Of a stretch of 64,000 bases of DNA, positions 1 to 17,252 are shown piece by piece (position 1 is the stretch's first letter; the number at the start of each line of letters is the position of its first letter). This DNA comes from Auanema rhodensis. Its lineage: Eukaryota; Animalia; Nematoda. The stretch spans positions 11,098,001-11,162,000 of the forward strand of contig OZ059898.1 in the NCBI GenBank assembly GCA_964057225.1, written 5' to 3'. The position numbers and the translations under genes were made by a program. The notes under the pieces were generated by a model. That model was not told where the DNA came from. It ran no database searches and saw only the letters and a program-made list of their open reading frames with translations.

Positions 1-1794
1 TTCATTGGAAAAAAATTGAGAGAAATACATTACATAAGATACTTCGTTTAACTGACTATACATGCATAGACCCACGAGATATATTGAGAGAAAGGACTCT
101 TTTGCCACTAACAGATACCGGTTATGCCAGCTGTGTGTTATGTGTTTCTTGCTTAGTTATGTTCCTGTGTTGTGATGATATACAAATCCCCTGTGCACTT
201 ATCCATTTATACACTGTTATCCCAGTACCCTTTATCTCATTCTCTTATTCTCTTTTTCTCTCATTATTCCTCTCTCTTTTTTTGCTTTCCCTCTCACACG
301 TATGCATATGAATATACACATTCACATTTTTTACTCTCCTGTTCCTCCTTCTCCTATGATCATCCTATCTTTATCTGTTATCTATCCAGTCCTTTAGCTC
401 TTCTTAATTCAACAATCAATTTATCATTGTGCTTGTTTTCCTTGTTTCTTTCGTCTTTATATCTATTATCTACTATCTATAACCATCCCCCAAACATTGA
501 AAACAATTGATATAATCATATCCTAGGTCTAGTCATACAATACTTAAAAAATAATTACTAAACCCTAACTATATATATTATATACATATATACGTTCACA
601 TGTGCTTTTCGAGCTCTAGACTGATATTTCAAATGAATATTATCATTTCAGAAACCATGTAGGAGATTAATCATTTATCTTTTTCATATTATATTTAATC
701 ATTAACTGACAAAAAGAAACGATTTTGTTTCATATTGAAAAACTCATTACTCCACCGTGAATACATCTTCTTTAAATTAAAACCAAAAATCTGGAAAATA
801 TCATTAGAAAACTTGTGTGTTAACACTAATTTTCGAAATAATCAAAGATTATAATCAAACAAGTTGTCAATCTATTCTATGTCTATGCTGGTGGGACCAC
901 TAACTTACCAGCTAGCCAATACGTTGAAATCGCAATCTAAAAACAGCTGGATCATGTGAATAATCAAAAACAGATACAGAATATAATTGGTTGGGGAGAG
1001 TTGGACACAAAGCATGATATTGAGAGAAGTAGAGAGAGAAAAAGAGAAAGAAAACGAGGGATACATAGGTAAAAAGAGAAAAAGATTGAGAGAAACAGAA
1101 AGCAACAACTAAAAAGGAGGAAGATGGTAGAGATGCTGGTTACGACAATATCAAAATATAGAGTACAGCATAAGTTCAAAATCTGCTATGGTCTGTTGCT
1201 ATCTCTTCCCCCCCCCACTGAAGACTAAGGTGCCATTAAGTAATCTGACTGGTTCTCTCTCTTCTTATTTCTCTCTCCTTCTGTTCTGACTTTTCTTCAC
1301 TCTCTATCTGCCTTTCTCTTTTTCTTTCACTTTCTCTTTTTTCTTTTACTATGTGTTCCTCTATCTTCCCTACCTTTGACACAATTACATGCCAACAGTC
1401 CATAAGAAGTAAATATTTTTCATCTTCAGACGATAGAGGACGTTGATGGCTTGATTCCTCGTCGTCAAGTGGATTGTCTCTTTTGCTTAACGATCAACAC
1501 CGTTAAGTCCTGCCCTGTTTGGATTCTGGACCGTTCCCCATCAATGTGTTCAGAAACAACAACAGTGCCCACTGTTTTCTTTCCCCTTCTCAGTATCAGA
1601 AGTAACATTTATTTCATACCTGTCATCTATTCCTTTTCTCCTCGTTTCCCTTTCTTGGAACTGTGCAGAAAAAAATTTCCCGATGAAAAACTGAAGAGAT
1701 ATGAAGTCAATCAAGCCATTGGCTCAAATATTTATTTTCCTCTTAACTTTAAATAATTTGTTGTTTATCCAATTTGTAGATTTATATATTGTAG

Positions 1795-3429
1795 ATGAGT
1801 TTATCAGAGCCTTCAGATGGCTTATTTGAGACTTGTGTAGATCTTGAAGTTATTGAACGTGGCATTCGACGTGGACTCGGAACAACTAAAAGATGTGGTG
1901 CAAATAAAACAATAAAGCGAATTGGAGAAGATCAAGTAAGATTTAAAAACAGAAGAAAAAAAAACTTTATCAATTGTATATATACAATTACTTTTTTAAA
2001 GAAACTACTAATTATTGTGCCGAACTTTTAGGGTTTCTTTTCCCGTGTAGGGCTGCTGCAATGTAACTGGCCGTATGATGTTGATAAAAACTTACCAAAC
2101 CAAATCGTAATTAAGGTTAATAACTTTTTGTTTTATGAAACCTTCACACTTCGTTTTTCTTAACATACTAAACGATTATATATTCTTAGATAACAACATT
2201 ACTCAATACTGTTGCTATGCATAATCGAGGTGCTAAAAAAAGCATAGAAACCGTAAAAAGAGATCGAATGACGTGGCTGAATAAGGCACAAAAACTAAAA
2301 AAAGTTTGTCATTCTATAGATTTATTAGAATAGTATACATGCATTATAGTGGCATAATAACGAGATTTTGTTTTACGAGACTATACAAGCCTTAGAGGCT
2401 CCGCCGTTTTTACCTCGAATGTATTGCGCAAGAAAATTTGAAGAAGAATCTGGAGATATTGGATTCATCTGCATGGAATACGCAGAAAACTGCCATGTAA
2501 AACATATTTATGAGAATTTAACTGTCAATGAAATAGAAAAGGTAATCACAACAAGATGATGCGAGATTTATAGACAGGTTCTAGACACTAGAAGCCCTAG
2601 CTGAAGTTCAAGCAGTGATGGAGAAAGCACCAGAAGAGAGAAAAAAACAGTTTACTGTGAATGCTTATGAAGAACTTTATGCAGATATTTTGAATCCTGA
2701 TGTTAGATCATGTTTTGTTTTCAATTGTGTCAATAACTTCGTATTTGACAGGTGTTATCATTCCGACTTGACGAACTTCGGCAGATTGATTCGTCTCTCA
2801 CTTCTCTAATAAGTAGAATAGAACAGGAACTAGATAAATTAGTTTCAACCCGTATAGCTAAGAGGGAACATATAGATTTGGGTACTATATAAAAATGTCT
2901 GAAGTCTAACAATATTTTCTGAATTCTAGGAATGCCCGCAGTTTTCGTCCAAGGGGATCTGTATAGCACAAACCTACTTTGGAAAGATAACGAGAACGGA
3001 AGCAGAGATCTACATAAAGTAATCGATTGGCAAGTAAGCTCATTAATGTTATCATTACGAAAACTTGGACACATAATTTAGCTGTGTCATTATGGATGTG
3101 TAGCAGAGGATGTGGCACGTCTGTTTATTACCTGTATGTCTACTGAAGATCGACGAGAAAACTGGGAACGCCTTCTAGAGCAATATCACAACTCGTTACA
3201 ACAATTCATGCAGAAAGATATATTTTCTATAGAACAACTTAAGATATCATACTGTAGATTCTTCTGTTTAGCTGCTATGGCCTTTATAGCAACTGTTCCC
3301 GAAGTCTATCGAGCGGCCACAAGGTCATGCAGTGAGCAAGAAAAGCATGAGTGGCAGCATTGCATATCAGCAAAAGTAAAGGGTATTTTAGAAGATGTTC
3401 TTTACTTTGCTATGCGCAAAAAGGGTTAA
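1795..3429 (+). CDS. DUF1679 / CHK (choline/ecdysteroid-kinase-like) nematode protein, multi-exon
   Basis: Spliced exons read MSLSEPSDGLFET..RIGEDQ|GFFSRV..PNQIVIK|..HNNEILFYE..GFICMEY..VFVQGDLYSTNLLW..KVIDWQ..DRRENWERLLEQYH, the typical layout of nematode DUF1679 kinase-like proteins. Confidence 0.85.
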
Positions 3430-4090
3430 AGTCATTCTTCAACTTACCTCAATGTATAATTGTATAATAAGATTTGAAATTCTACAAATACGTGATCTGC
3501 GAATATAACTTAGTTAGTCATTCCTAACTTAGTCATTCTTTGAACAATGTGTTTTAATAAATCTTCTTGCACTCAGATAAAATCAACAAAACTGTAATAA
3601 AATATTACGGCTACCACTTGTGATCGCATTTATAAAAGAATTAAATCCATTCACAAACATCCAAAAATTCTATAATACAAAAATCGCGGGGGTTGAGTCA
3701 GCTCCATTGCAATTGGAGCGCGCATGCATTAAAGGTCTGTGTGTATGGGTCAAACAGCGATTATTCTGTGTATCTGCGCTGTGCCCTGCTTGTCTGCATA
3801 TTCCGATTACAGCTTTTACCTTAAATCGTTATGATCAGTCTTATCTTTATTTATTTTTTTATGATATAAATAATGTCGATACATAGTTAAATATTTATAT
3901 ATATATATTTATAACATAACTAATTACGAGGAAAAACGTAATGTAAATTAGGCTAAACTTCAAAAATTTTTTTCGTGTTTAATATTTTTATTTTTTTATT
4001 TTAAATGTTTTTTAAAGAATATTCTCAATCTTGCGGTAAAATCAACTTGGTTCTGAACCTTCGGTGTCCACTAAGGATTCGTTTATCATT

Positions 4091-6871
<2,781 letters not shown>

Positions 6872-7825
6872 GTGTTGCATTATTGCCGTTTTTACTCTGT
6901 CAAGATCGAAAGTATTTTAAAACTCTGTAAGTGTGGCTTGTTCATACATATTCTCACCAGGCCTGAAGGACCCCTTCCTGTTCCCAGATTCTGTTTTTGT
7001 TTAATGTCTGTACTTCTGATCTGGGTCACCCCCTCCTGATTTATCTCTTATATCTCTCCCTCTCTCTCTTTCTCTGTAAGGCCTTTTAGTAACTAATTGC
7101 AGAGCTTTAAGTGAGTGAACGTAATTTGTTCGAATTCCTGTACAGTTGCGACGCGTATCACCCCAAATACTTAACCATTTCATAGGCGGATTACGTATTG
7201 CATATTCTTATAGGCAATATTTCATGTATACATGAGTTGTTCGTTTATGTTTTGTCATTTGAATTATGGCACTAAGTTGCGAAATTTCCTTTAGTGTGAG
7301 ACCAAGCACTATGTGTATGTATAATCCGTTTTCTTTAGTCCCTTCTCATTAGAGCTTGCATCTAATTCATGATCTGTTGTAAAACCACTTTTTCCTTATA
7401 GGTTCGGCCTGCTTTTTGTTTATAGGCAGGCATTTGCGTGGTCATTGTGATCATTTTTCTGGTCTAATAGCATACAATCTAACGGCATCAATATTGCAAA
7501 TAGGTCTCTTCTCTTCTTTGGCTTTTGCACTGCGGGTAGAAACTTGTCTCACTATGATATCAGCTCGAAATCTCATCGGTTGTTGTTTGATTTCTGTTTT
7601 GTTATCAGTTATGGAGGCTTTATAATCATTATATCTGCCCTTTTTGCCGACTATCGTACTTAACTAACACCCCCTCCAAAACCGTCTATATTGTATTAAC
7701 CGGTCTGTTACGTCGCTCTTGTTGAATTTGTGAAAGAGATATCTGAATTTTCTTGTGACCATTAGATTCAGTTCGTGGAGACTTCATCGAGTTGTGTTGT
7801 TCACTTTTTGCTCTGTTTTCTGATT

Positions 7826-7955
7826 AATAAATTTTTTGCATTACATACGGTTTTGTTACTTCTGGTAGCTGTTCCCCTTTGTTTATCGTGTCTGTTCTCG
7901 TTTATGAAATCTTCTGGTTTTCCGGACTCTTCAATACTATATACAGTATAAATAG
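7826..7955 (+). promoter_or_regulatory. Putative intercistronic region: AATAAA, U-rich tract, trans-splice acceptor
   Basis: AATAAA at 7826-7831 ends a ~950-nt 3'UTR; U-rich stretch follows; AG acceptors end at 7946 and 7955; next ATG at 7969. Spacing of ~120 nt is typical of nematode SL2 operons. Confidence 0.55.
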
Positions 7956-7968
7956 GTATTGAGCCACC

Positions 7969-8951
7969 ATGGACCAGGCTACTTTTATTGAACTTATGGC
8001 TTATTTTATGATTTTTTGTGCTGTGGCTTGCTTCGCGTGCTTATGTACTGGAATTAGAGCTCCTTATGGTAGATACAATATGGCTTACCAGGTTTGTATT
8101 CTAAAGCTTACCATCGTTCCAATTTTTTTTCAAGTTTACTGTTCCTGCCAAATTGGATTGGTTTTTACAAGAATCTCCTTCTCTTCTCTTACCCGTATAT
8201 TTTCTGTTATCATCTAAATCTTATGAAGGGTTTTTTCTTCTAACTTTATTTATAGGTCATTATGCACAAAGGTATGTTGATGCTTGATATTGTTTCTTAT
8301 TTTAAACTTTCAGAACATTATATTACCCTTTTGTAATGAAATCTACTAAGGGTTCTCCTGTGCATGTATTCATTTCCGCTGTAGCTTTTACTATTTATAA
8401 CGGGTACATGCAAGGACTATGGCATTCTAAATTTTACAGTGCTACTTCTGGCTTCTTTACTCATCCTTTAACTTACATTGGTAAATTGTATTTTTTTGGG
8501 TTTTAACCTGCTTAGCTTACAGGAACTATCATTTTCATATGTGGTATGGGTATCAACATTCAATCTGATTCTATTCTTAGAAACTTAAGAAAGCCTGGTG
8601 AAGTTGGCTATAAAATCCCTAGAGGTTGTCTATTTCATAATATCAAAATCTTATGTATAAACTTGAAAAATAAAAAAATAAGTTTAGGTGGATTATTTGA
8701 ATATGTCTCGGGGGCCAATTATTTTGGAGAAATAATCGAATGGCTTGGGTTCGCTCTTGCTGCCAGATCTTTGCCAGCACTTGCCTTTGCTATTTTCACA
8801 ATTTCAAACATTGGTCCCAGAGCTATACAACATCATCAGTTAGTTACCTTGAGTACATAAATATACATAATAAACTATTTGCAGGTATTACTTGGAAAAG
8901 TTTGAGGACTATCCTAAAAATAGAAAAGCTTTGATTCCTTTAGTCTTGTAA
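7969..8951 (+). CDS. 3-oxo-5-alpha-steroid 4-dehydrogenase (SRD5A1/2-like)
   Basis: APYGRY, WFLQESP, GMGINIQSDSILRNLRKPGEVGYKIPRGGLFEYVSGANYFGEIIEWLGFA, RAIQHHQYYLEKFEDYPKNRKALIP. Confidence 0.95.
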
Positions 8952-9201
8952 TTGTCATTATCTAACGCATATCTAATCGTAATTAGCCAGCAAAATGCTT
9001 ATCAGTGTTGTGATATACTTATATGTTGTGATTTTCTCTAGTCTTTTGATCATGGAATAATAGTTAAATGGGTCTGGAATATGGTTTGAAGTAAAATTTT
9101 AATCATTTACTTTTCTTGTTAAATTGACAAAATTGAGATCGCATGACTAGTAATCGACTAAAAATGGTTGTCGTTACCATAATAAAACTGATATTAGTTA
9201 T

Positions 9202-12200
9202 TTAACTGGGTGGTGGACATCCATATTCTGGCGAAGTTGACATTTCAGACGAATGTGTGCTACAGGTCGCAGAATGGTTCTGAAAATTTTTATTAAATAA
9301 AAGCAGTTATTACTAGCTTTGATACTTCTGAACTGTTGCCAAGTGTTGGGGTTAACGACGGTAACATCGACGGGGAATGATTCTGCACGTCGCGGGATTG
9401 CATTGATCGTCTATATTTAGCTCGAGCATTTTGAAACCATACCTTAACATATATATGTTTCAAGAATACATTTCAGCGTCTGAGTTGAACAAAGAATTCA
9501 ATAGACTACCTACTTACTTGTAACACTCGCTTTGTTAAGCCAGTTTTCTGAGCTAGTTGCTTCAAATCTTTAGCATCAGGATTATGATTGAGATTAAAAT
9601 AAACTTTCATTGTTTTAAGTTGATGATGTTTGAAACTGGTTCTCATACGCTTCGAACGACTACTACTACTAGTTGAGCCATCATCTGAAATTACGAATTA
9701 ATACAAGAGCTAGGAATTCGTCTTTGAGTCACGTTCATTAAGTTTGAGTGAACGAAAAAGTTCATTCTGTATTTCTGGGAGCTATTTGTTTAAGTTTAAA
9801 TAGTATAGTTTTTATTGAGATTATATTTTTAATATTATTGTATTTGTATATATAAGATAGGCATCATCGCTTGAAAAACTAAGAATAAATATTCTTCCTG
9901 TTTTTAAGATGCATGCTTGTTCGTTTCCGGTTCTTGGGTATGACCTAATGAGGTTGAATCAAAAGAATAACCGACAAGAGGTCGAGAAGTCGCTTGGATT
10001 ACTGTAACTTTTAATGAGATGCTACGTAGCAGGAAAACATTGAATTGCTCGGAGGCTTGACAAAGGCAATTGAATGTCGCGATGATGATAAAGCGGTACA
10101 CTGAGAGCGAAAGGCAACAGAAAATCTTGTGCATTTCGAGAATCAATGTTTTTAAGACGAAATTCATGAAGCTCATGCAGTCATTATATGGGAGATAGAA
10201 AAAGCTATTACTAACCCTCATTCTCTTCTGACATTTCTCGCTTCGGAACTGGGGTTGCCTCTGGTATTGAGGCTGGCGCTGGCGTAGAAGGTTGCATTGA
10301 AGGGTATGTTGGATGAGGAACACCATTATGATCTGTAAAAGAACATCTTATGGTTAACGCTATTACACTTAGATCACGTACTATTACAAAAAATCTCATT
10401 GGATGCATTCATAGTAAAAACTTCTCCCGGCCGCATAGGGACTCCGCAAAGCTGAACAAGATTGTCAACATACATCTAACTGAATAGTTCAAATTACCGA
10501 GCACGTAAAACATTGCATATGAAATATTGAATCTTTCGCTCTCATAACTATATCTTCGGGCATCAAAAATAGATGACAGCGGCCGCATGCTTTTCGATAT
10601 TTTCTGAAAAAAAAAACTTTCAATGCCGTAGAGAAAACTGCATGAGCATTGATAACATACACTTATGTTGTAATGCATAAAGTGCATAAACAAATTAAAC
10701 CATTGAAAATAAGAAAAACACACAGTGTTTAATATAAGCTTCGTTACAGTTTTAAGTGAAAAGGGATAAAAGTAAACGTCAACCTACATGTTATAGCACG
10801 TCTTGCACATCATGATACCGTCTTTTGTAAAGCATTTATGGTCATCTGAAAGATGATTTAAATGAAATTTCAAAAATAATATTTAAACTGATGATTTTAT
10901 CAAAATACTTACTAGATGCTTGAATTTCATAATCGATTACTCCAAGTTCCATAAAACATATGGCACAACGTAGGCATTGTGAGTGATAGGGAGAACCATC
11001 TATGTACAATGTGAACCGATCTAGTATAAGCATATTGCAAACACTACATAGCTCTGAAATTATATTGAAGTAAGTTGAAGTAAATCAGTACGAGCTATAT
11101 GCAACACGGCTGCTTCAACGTCGTAGTTTAGAAAAATACTTCAAACTCACGTAATAAGTTTCACGTGAAAATATGAAAGTTTTTCTTTATGAAATATTAG
11201 TTCAGTTTATTTTGTTTCTTTACTCATTGATTTATTCGGTAAGATCAAAGTTTACTCTTATTTTCTTTACGCTGGAGTATTTCTTAGAACTTTGTTTTCA
11301 GAATGCTGTAAAACAGTTCAGAGGATTGTATACAAAGGTCTGTTGTTAACCGATTGTAACTAAAACTATGATGACCTCTTTACACGTTTATGAGCACATT
11401 TTGAAAAGTTTTTACTTTGCCAACGATATAGAGTGAAAGAAAATTGAGAGAGCTTAGATGTGGAAAATGATTCCAGCATGTGCGAAATACGATCATATTC
11501 CTGGAAATAAGCAGAGTACGAGGGCAAAGATAGAAGTAAAGCATTTCTATAATCTAGTGCCAAAGCTATTCAGAATGAAAAGGTTGATTCCAAATATTTT
11601 ATACACGCTTCTAATTGAGTTGCTCAGAAGAAAATTAAAAGAATATAATATTCAATAATAGCATTTTTGAAAGATAAACATACAATGCTCTGAAAGGTAT
11701 AATGATTAAGGTTATAAGCTGTTGAATGAAAATGTTCATAATGAAACAGATAATTATCGACTTAATATATTAAAATTTCATAATTTTTTTCACTTTTCTT
11801 TCATTCTCCTGTTCAAAATTTTCATAGCAGTCTGCGCCTTCTACATTATCTGCTTCAGTTCTTTCTACATCACTTCATCTCTGCATTATATCCTCTCTTT
11901 GATATGTCTTTCGTTTTGCCCCTGAGGCGTTATGCCTATAGCCGTCTCATGCAACGAGAATACTGTAGCTTTTTGCGCAAAACAATGGAGACAAGCGGAA
12001 ACGAGAATAACAAACCCGCTTCGGTTGGCTGGTGTCGCCCTGATCGCTGTGGGATTATCATAAACACATTATTCTGCCTGGTTGTACAAAAAAAAAAGAT
12101 TTTATAGATATTCTATAGATTGTTGCAATCAATATGATCACTTGTAGAGGGGGAGAACTGTTTCATTCGTACTCTAGAATGCTTTTTGAACATTAAAAAA

Positions 12201-12702
12201 ATTTTTATGAGGTTCGAGAGAGATATAGAGGAGGTATCTAGTATAATCAAAAAGTTTTTTTTGGAATAAGTTTTATGATTGATATGGAGAACTAGTTGAA
12301 CTTGTAACATGCTATTTATAGAATTTTGAAGACGTGAAATAAAAGTCTCAATAGATAATAGTTACTTACCAGACCCGTTGGCATAAACATGATGAACGTA
12401 TAATGTAGGTGAAGTGCTCGGATTGGAACCGTCAGATGGAGCACTAATGTCTACTGAAGATGGCATAGGGTCGGGTAACGTGTGGTCCATTTCATCTGTC
12501 ACATACAACATCATCCTTATGCAAAATATTCACTTTTTTCGTAAAACGATTAATCAAGATGATGGTACAAACAGTTAACAGACAATGAAGTGTCTAGAAA
12601 AGTTTGTAATTATGAGGACATAGAAATAGTAGTTAAATAATGAAAAATCATGCATAAGATATGTATAAACTAAAGATTAAATATATATTTAAATATATAT
12701 AA

Positions 12703-12739
<37 letters not shown>

Positions 12740-14354
12740 TAGAGAGACAAGAAAAATATATTTAATACAGTCTTTATGAACAACAAAAATATGAAAAATG
12801 TTTTTGAGGATGGTTGAGCAAGCTTCATCTTAGAGAAAGGTTTCCTTTATAGTTGAATGATTGTGCTTAAGATGAAGCTTGAATCATGAGCTGATACCGA
12901 TGCATACATGAACAAGCATTAGTAAAGTATAAATGAATAAAAAATTTAAAAAACAACAAAAAGTATATGATTCTTCTATGAACTTCTGAAAATCAAAAGA
13001 GCTGGACAGATGAATAAAACTGTTAGAAGAATATAACAACGGCATTGCCACTGTAGATGTACCGACAAATCCGCCTTCTCCTCTCGCATATATCTCGTAA
13101 TCTCAATATCTCTTACACTCTCTCTACCTTTCTCTATCTCTCTCTTACTCGTCCTCTTTTTCTCTCCTTTTCACCTCTTATAGCCTTTCATACAATATCA
13201 ATCTCTTTAGGGACGTGTGTTAGATAGATCACCTGGTTTAGAAAAGGATCAAGCCGGATAGATGTGGGTACATCAACACATAAAAACTGCTCGGTTTCGG
13301 GGGATTCGTTCACTCTCCTCCCTTCTATTATCCCCACCCCTTTTACCAAACCTTTTCTCTCTCCATCTCTCTTTTTTTTCAAAATCTATTTCTCTCGTTT
13401 GATCCAAGTCTATTCTCGATCTTTCTAACTCTTTCACAGTTCTCTTGAATATATCGGTTGCGTTATTTCTTTTCCTCTCATCATATAATTTCATTTCGGC
13501 AAATGGTTAGTGAACGTTTGTAGTTGTCCAGTAGAATGAGGTTAGAACATCATTCTTGCTCATATTCCTTCTATAAAAGGTCATAACCATCTTCTCTTTT
13601 TTTTAGAAGCAATATGTTAAAAATGACGCAAGATGTTCGTACTCATAGTGAGTTGCTAAAATTGAGGTCATGCTCAGCATGAACTCATTCAAGCAGACAG
13701 CTGCCTGATAGAAAAAATACTGAAGAATATGGTACATTATTACATATTATACTATGTGTATATAAATATTATAAATATGCGATACAAAGTAATTAAATAT
13801 AAATTAAAACTATACAAATCATGCAGATGTAAGATTATAAGATTTAATTCAACATTCTATGTATGTATCTCTCAGTTATGAGTACTCCGCAAGAACGATG
13901 GCCAAGGATTTAGTTAAAATCAGAGTTGTTCCAATAAGTGGCAATTGCTCATTACCGTATGATGGGTCCTAGTAGAGATTGCTCGTAAACTCTTGTCACG
14001 TAAGAGAACAAGAATTCATACCAATCTACATTTAATTCTAGAACGTTATCAAATTTGATCATTTTTGCTTTCTTATTGTTGTTTGCATCATTAAAAAACA
14101 AAACGAAGCATGACGAACAACTATGCTAAAGAGTAAAATCAATCTTTAGTAATATTTTGAAGCAAGTATTCATTTGGTGAATAATATGATAACCAAAGAG
14201 TATATGCTAGCTTTCTAAATTAATTACAAAATTTTCGAAATTGTCTTCTTACAATGTCTAAGGTTATTGAATCAAAAATAAGAAAAAGAGTACGAAGAAA
14301 GGTACTGACGGGTGAATTGGCATCAGAGCCAAACCAGAGAATCTGAGATGCCAT
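9202..14354 (-). CDS. ttx-3: LIM-homeodomain transcription factor, LHX2/9-apterous class (5' end uncertain: ATG 14354 or 12514)
   Basis: Homeodomain KRMRTSFKHHQLKTMKVYFNLNHNPDAKDLKQLAQKTGLTKRVLQ|VWFQNARAKYRR (9410-9660); two LIM domains in exons at ~10330-11050; stop at 9202. Confidence 0.93.
10734..10746 (+). promoter_or_regulatory. AIY-motif-like TTX-3/CEH-10 site in a ttx-3 intron
   Basis: ATAAGCTTCGTTA resembles the AIY motif (approx. ATTGGCTTCGTTA, recalled) and lies in intron ~10604-10788 between LIM exons. Confidence 0.45.
12707..12737. repeat. (TA)n microsatellite
   Basis: Uninterrupted TA run. Confidence 0.9.
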
Positions 14355-15957
14355 GTTCTAAATTATTTATATAGTCTAAGCTGGCTGCTCTCGTATCGCA
14401 TACGGTAATGATTTCGGTTTACATCTTCTCTGCTATGTCTATCCGATTTCGACACCATTTCATCTCTTACACTCTCTTACTCTTCGTATATCTCTGTTCA
14501 CTCCATGTCCAATAATATCTCTTTCGATCTTTCCAACATCATCACAATATCTCAAATCTCAATGCTATTCCTATATTATTTTCAGTAGCTTTCTTCATAT
14601 ACACTTGTTCATTTCTTCACGTCGCCCTCTTTCACTCCTTCCTCCCTCTGTATCTCTATTTCTCTCTCTGTTTTTCTGTATATTTGAATATATTACTCTA
14701 TCAATTTGGCTATCTAGTTAGCTCTCTTTCTTTATTTCTTACTCTCTGCCCTCTTTCATCTTGTTTCCTTCCATTCGTTCTACCCCCCTCTCTCTCTCTG
14801 TCTCTCTTTCGCTCGCCCTCTCTCTTTTTCATTGATACTTTCTGTTTTCATTCTTTACCTCTCATAGTTCTCTTATAGAATCACGTGCAAGATCAAGGCG
14901 GAGTCAAGTAGGATTACCAACTAAACTACTTATTGAAGATCGAGAATTTTCAGTATACCGCACATATAACAGTAGCTTAAAGCTGAAAAATGAGATCGTA
15001 GCAACATATTCAGTTGAAAAATTGTTTTTGGGGTTCTAATAAGAATCAAATGATCATGAATGTCGAAAGCTGAGATTTCTCGCCGGTTCTCAACCTCGCA
15101 TCTCAATATCAGGAAAGCCGAACATGGAGTAACAGGTGATCCGGATCGGTTTACAAGCTTATCGCCTATGCTGGAGATTAATAGCTCAGTCCGCCTACCA
15201 GAAGAAAGGATGCAAATACATTGACCTTATTCAGTTTATAATACATTGAATATGTCAAATAGATACTGCTCTTTTTTACTAGATGTTAGAAAAAAATTAA
15301 TTTCGTATCTGCAAATTTATAAGATTTTTCATTGGTTAAATCAAAGAAGTTATTTTTTCTAAATCATTTTGCAAGGATTTATGTTTTGATGCGATTGAAT
15401 AAATAAAAAGAAAACATGAATTTGGCTTATTTCAACTTCAATCGTGCGATACATATGAAAATGATGAAAGACAATAAGATGAAATGTATAAATAACTATA
15501 CATAATATATATGTATATGTATATGCACCATAAAAGATAGAAATAAAAAAAGAATCCAAAGCATCTGAATAAAAAGGGAAAACGTGAAAATTAATAATTT
15601 TAGTATAAACTCTTAAAATTTAATTCATTACCCCTTCAATTAATTGAATGTCCATAGCGGGTTTTAGTAGACAAATGAAATTTTCATTCCAGACAATGAG
15701 TGCAACCGATTCACGCTATGAAATACAATAAAAAAAAGAAACTTTAACGTAACTACACGTGATTTTAATTTATATTGATAAATTATTCGATTATTTAATT
15801 ATTTATTAGGTAAAAAAAACTATTAATTAGGCATTATTATACATACATATATAATAGAAAAAGAGAAGAGCTCAACAGTTTATTTAAGCCAACAGAAACA
15901 TATTTCACTATATCAAGTATAAATATATTTAAAAGAACCATATTTCAGTTACATTTA

Positions 15958-17252
15958 TTACATCTTACTATTCGTATTGATAAATGTTGTTTTCTTGATA
16001 CAGTTATAAAGCTGCTTTCGAACCTAAATATAATGTATTTTCTACTTAAGATTAATTTTTGCTCTATGTTACATCATGTGATAAAAGCAATAATGACCAT
16101 GGTGTTGCAATAACATTTAAATCTATTCCCAAATTGAAAATGGCGTAATAATAATTTTCAGATAAGAAGAAATGGCCAAATATCCCGAATATATAGTCAG
16201 CAGCTACTATGCTTATACCAATAATGGTTCCTGTTCAAAGAATAAGAAGGAAAATATTATCTTCTGTTGTTGACAATAATTTAATTACCTAGGGACATGA
16301 GTATTGATGCGATTGTTGAGTTAACCAGGGATTTTGCTCGAAAGAGTGTATTTGTCTGTATATAAGACAAATATCATTCATCATATTGAATTTTATTTTT
16401 TGAATATGAAAAAAAAAATTATAAAAATTTGGTAACTATACCTGGATTAGCTTGATACCAATTACAATATATGATACATATATAATGATTAAAACTATAA
16501 AACTATGACCAATCGATAGAAATAAATAACTTTTTTGAATATCCATTTGAGTAGAAGAAATTCGATAATTATAATCCACTGAATGAACTTTAACTGCGAC
16601 AAATTCAACTGGCCATATCAATGGCAAGCATGTAATTGTCCAAATTGACCAGATACCTAATAGGATATGTCTGGTAAGAAGCAAGTTTTGAGTCTAAACT
16701 TTGTTAATTTGATATAAAAATACAGTTTAAAACATTTGTAGTGTTAACCTTACGATAAACTTGTAATTTGAAAACACTGTGTACTCTATTAATAGCAACA
16801 AAAGCTAAATTTGTGGTAGTTAACAAAGCTAAATAATATGAACGAACAAACATTAATGTGCCGGCTGAAATAGTTTTAAACATATTTTTTAAAGTTTGAA
16901 ATCCCTTCTTCTGAAGAACTGTATTTCTCTTATACAACTAACCAACATTAGCATGTTTAGCAAATTGCTCTCGAAATTGATCTGTTGTGCATGGAGTTTC
17001 AACGAGAATCCTTATAAATGATTGAAAAACGTTTATAATGCCTGAAATAGATATATTTCATGATTATATCCCGTTTAAGAACAAACAATTATTTCTGATA
17101 ATCAAATGAAAAGAAGTTGCATATTCTACCGTGCGCCTGTTATACCACAAAATTTTGAAAATAATGATTTGAAGGGGTAATGTTATAATAATCGCTATAT
17201 TACTAATAAGTCGAATAGAAAAAACAAAAACGTCAATTTCTTCATACACCAT
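15958..17252 (-). CDS. Serpentine 7TM chemoreceptor (srg/srv-like superfamily)
   Basis: Hydrophobic exons: ..LQIIIFKILW..TSFHLII.., LAFVAINRVHSV, IWTITCLPLIW, DLNVIATPWSLLLLSHD|VRKQL..stop. Class not resolved; intactness of every junction not verified. Confidence 0.75.

Noticed and set aside
909-955. Possible first exon on the minus strand (MIQLFLDCDFNVLASW|gtaagt)
   Set aside because: Good donor site but no downstream exon identifiable within the window.
84-1400. Leu/Ser/Phe-rich ORFs (also at 13100-14900 and 34700-35300)
   Set aside because: Translations of CT/GA-rich low-complexity non-coding tracts.
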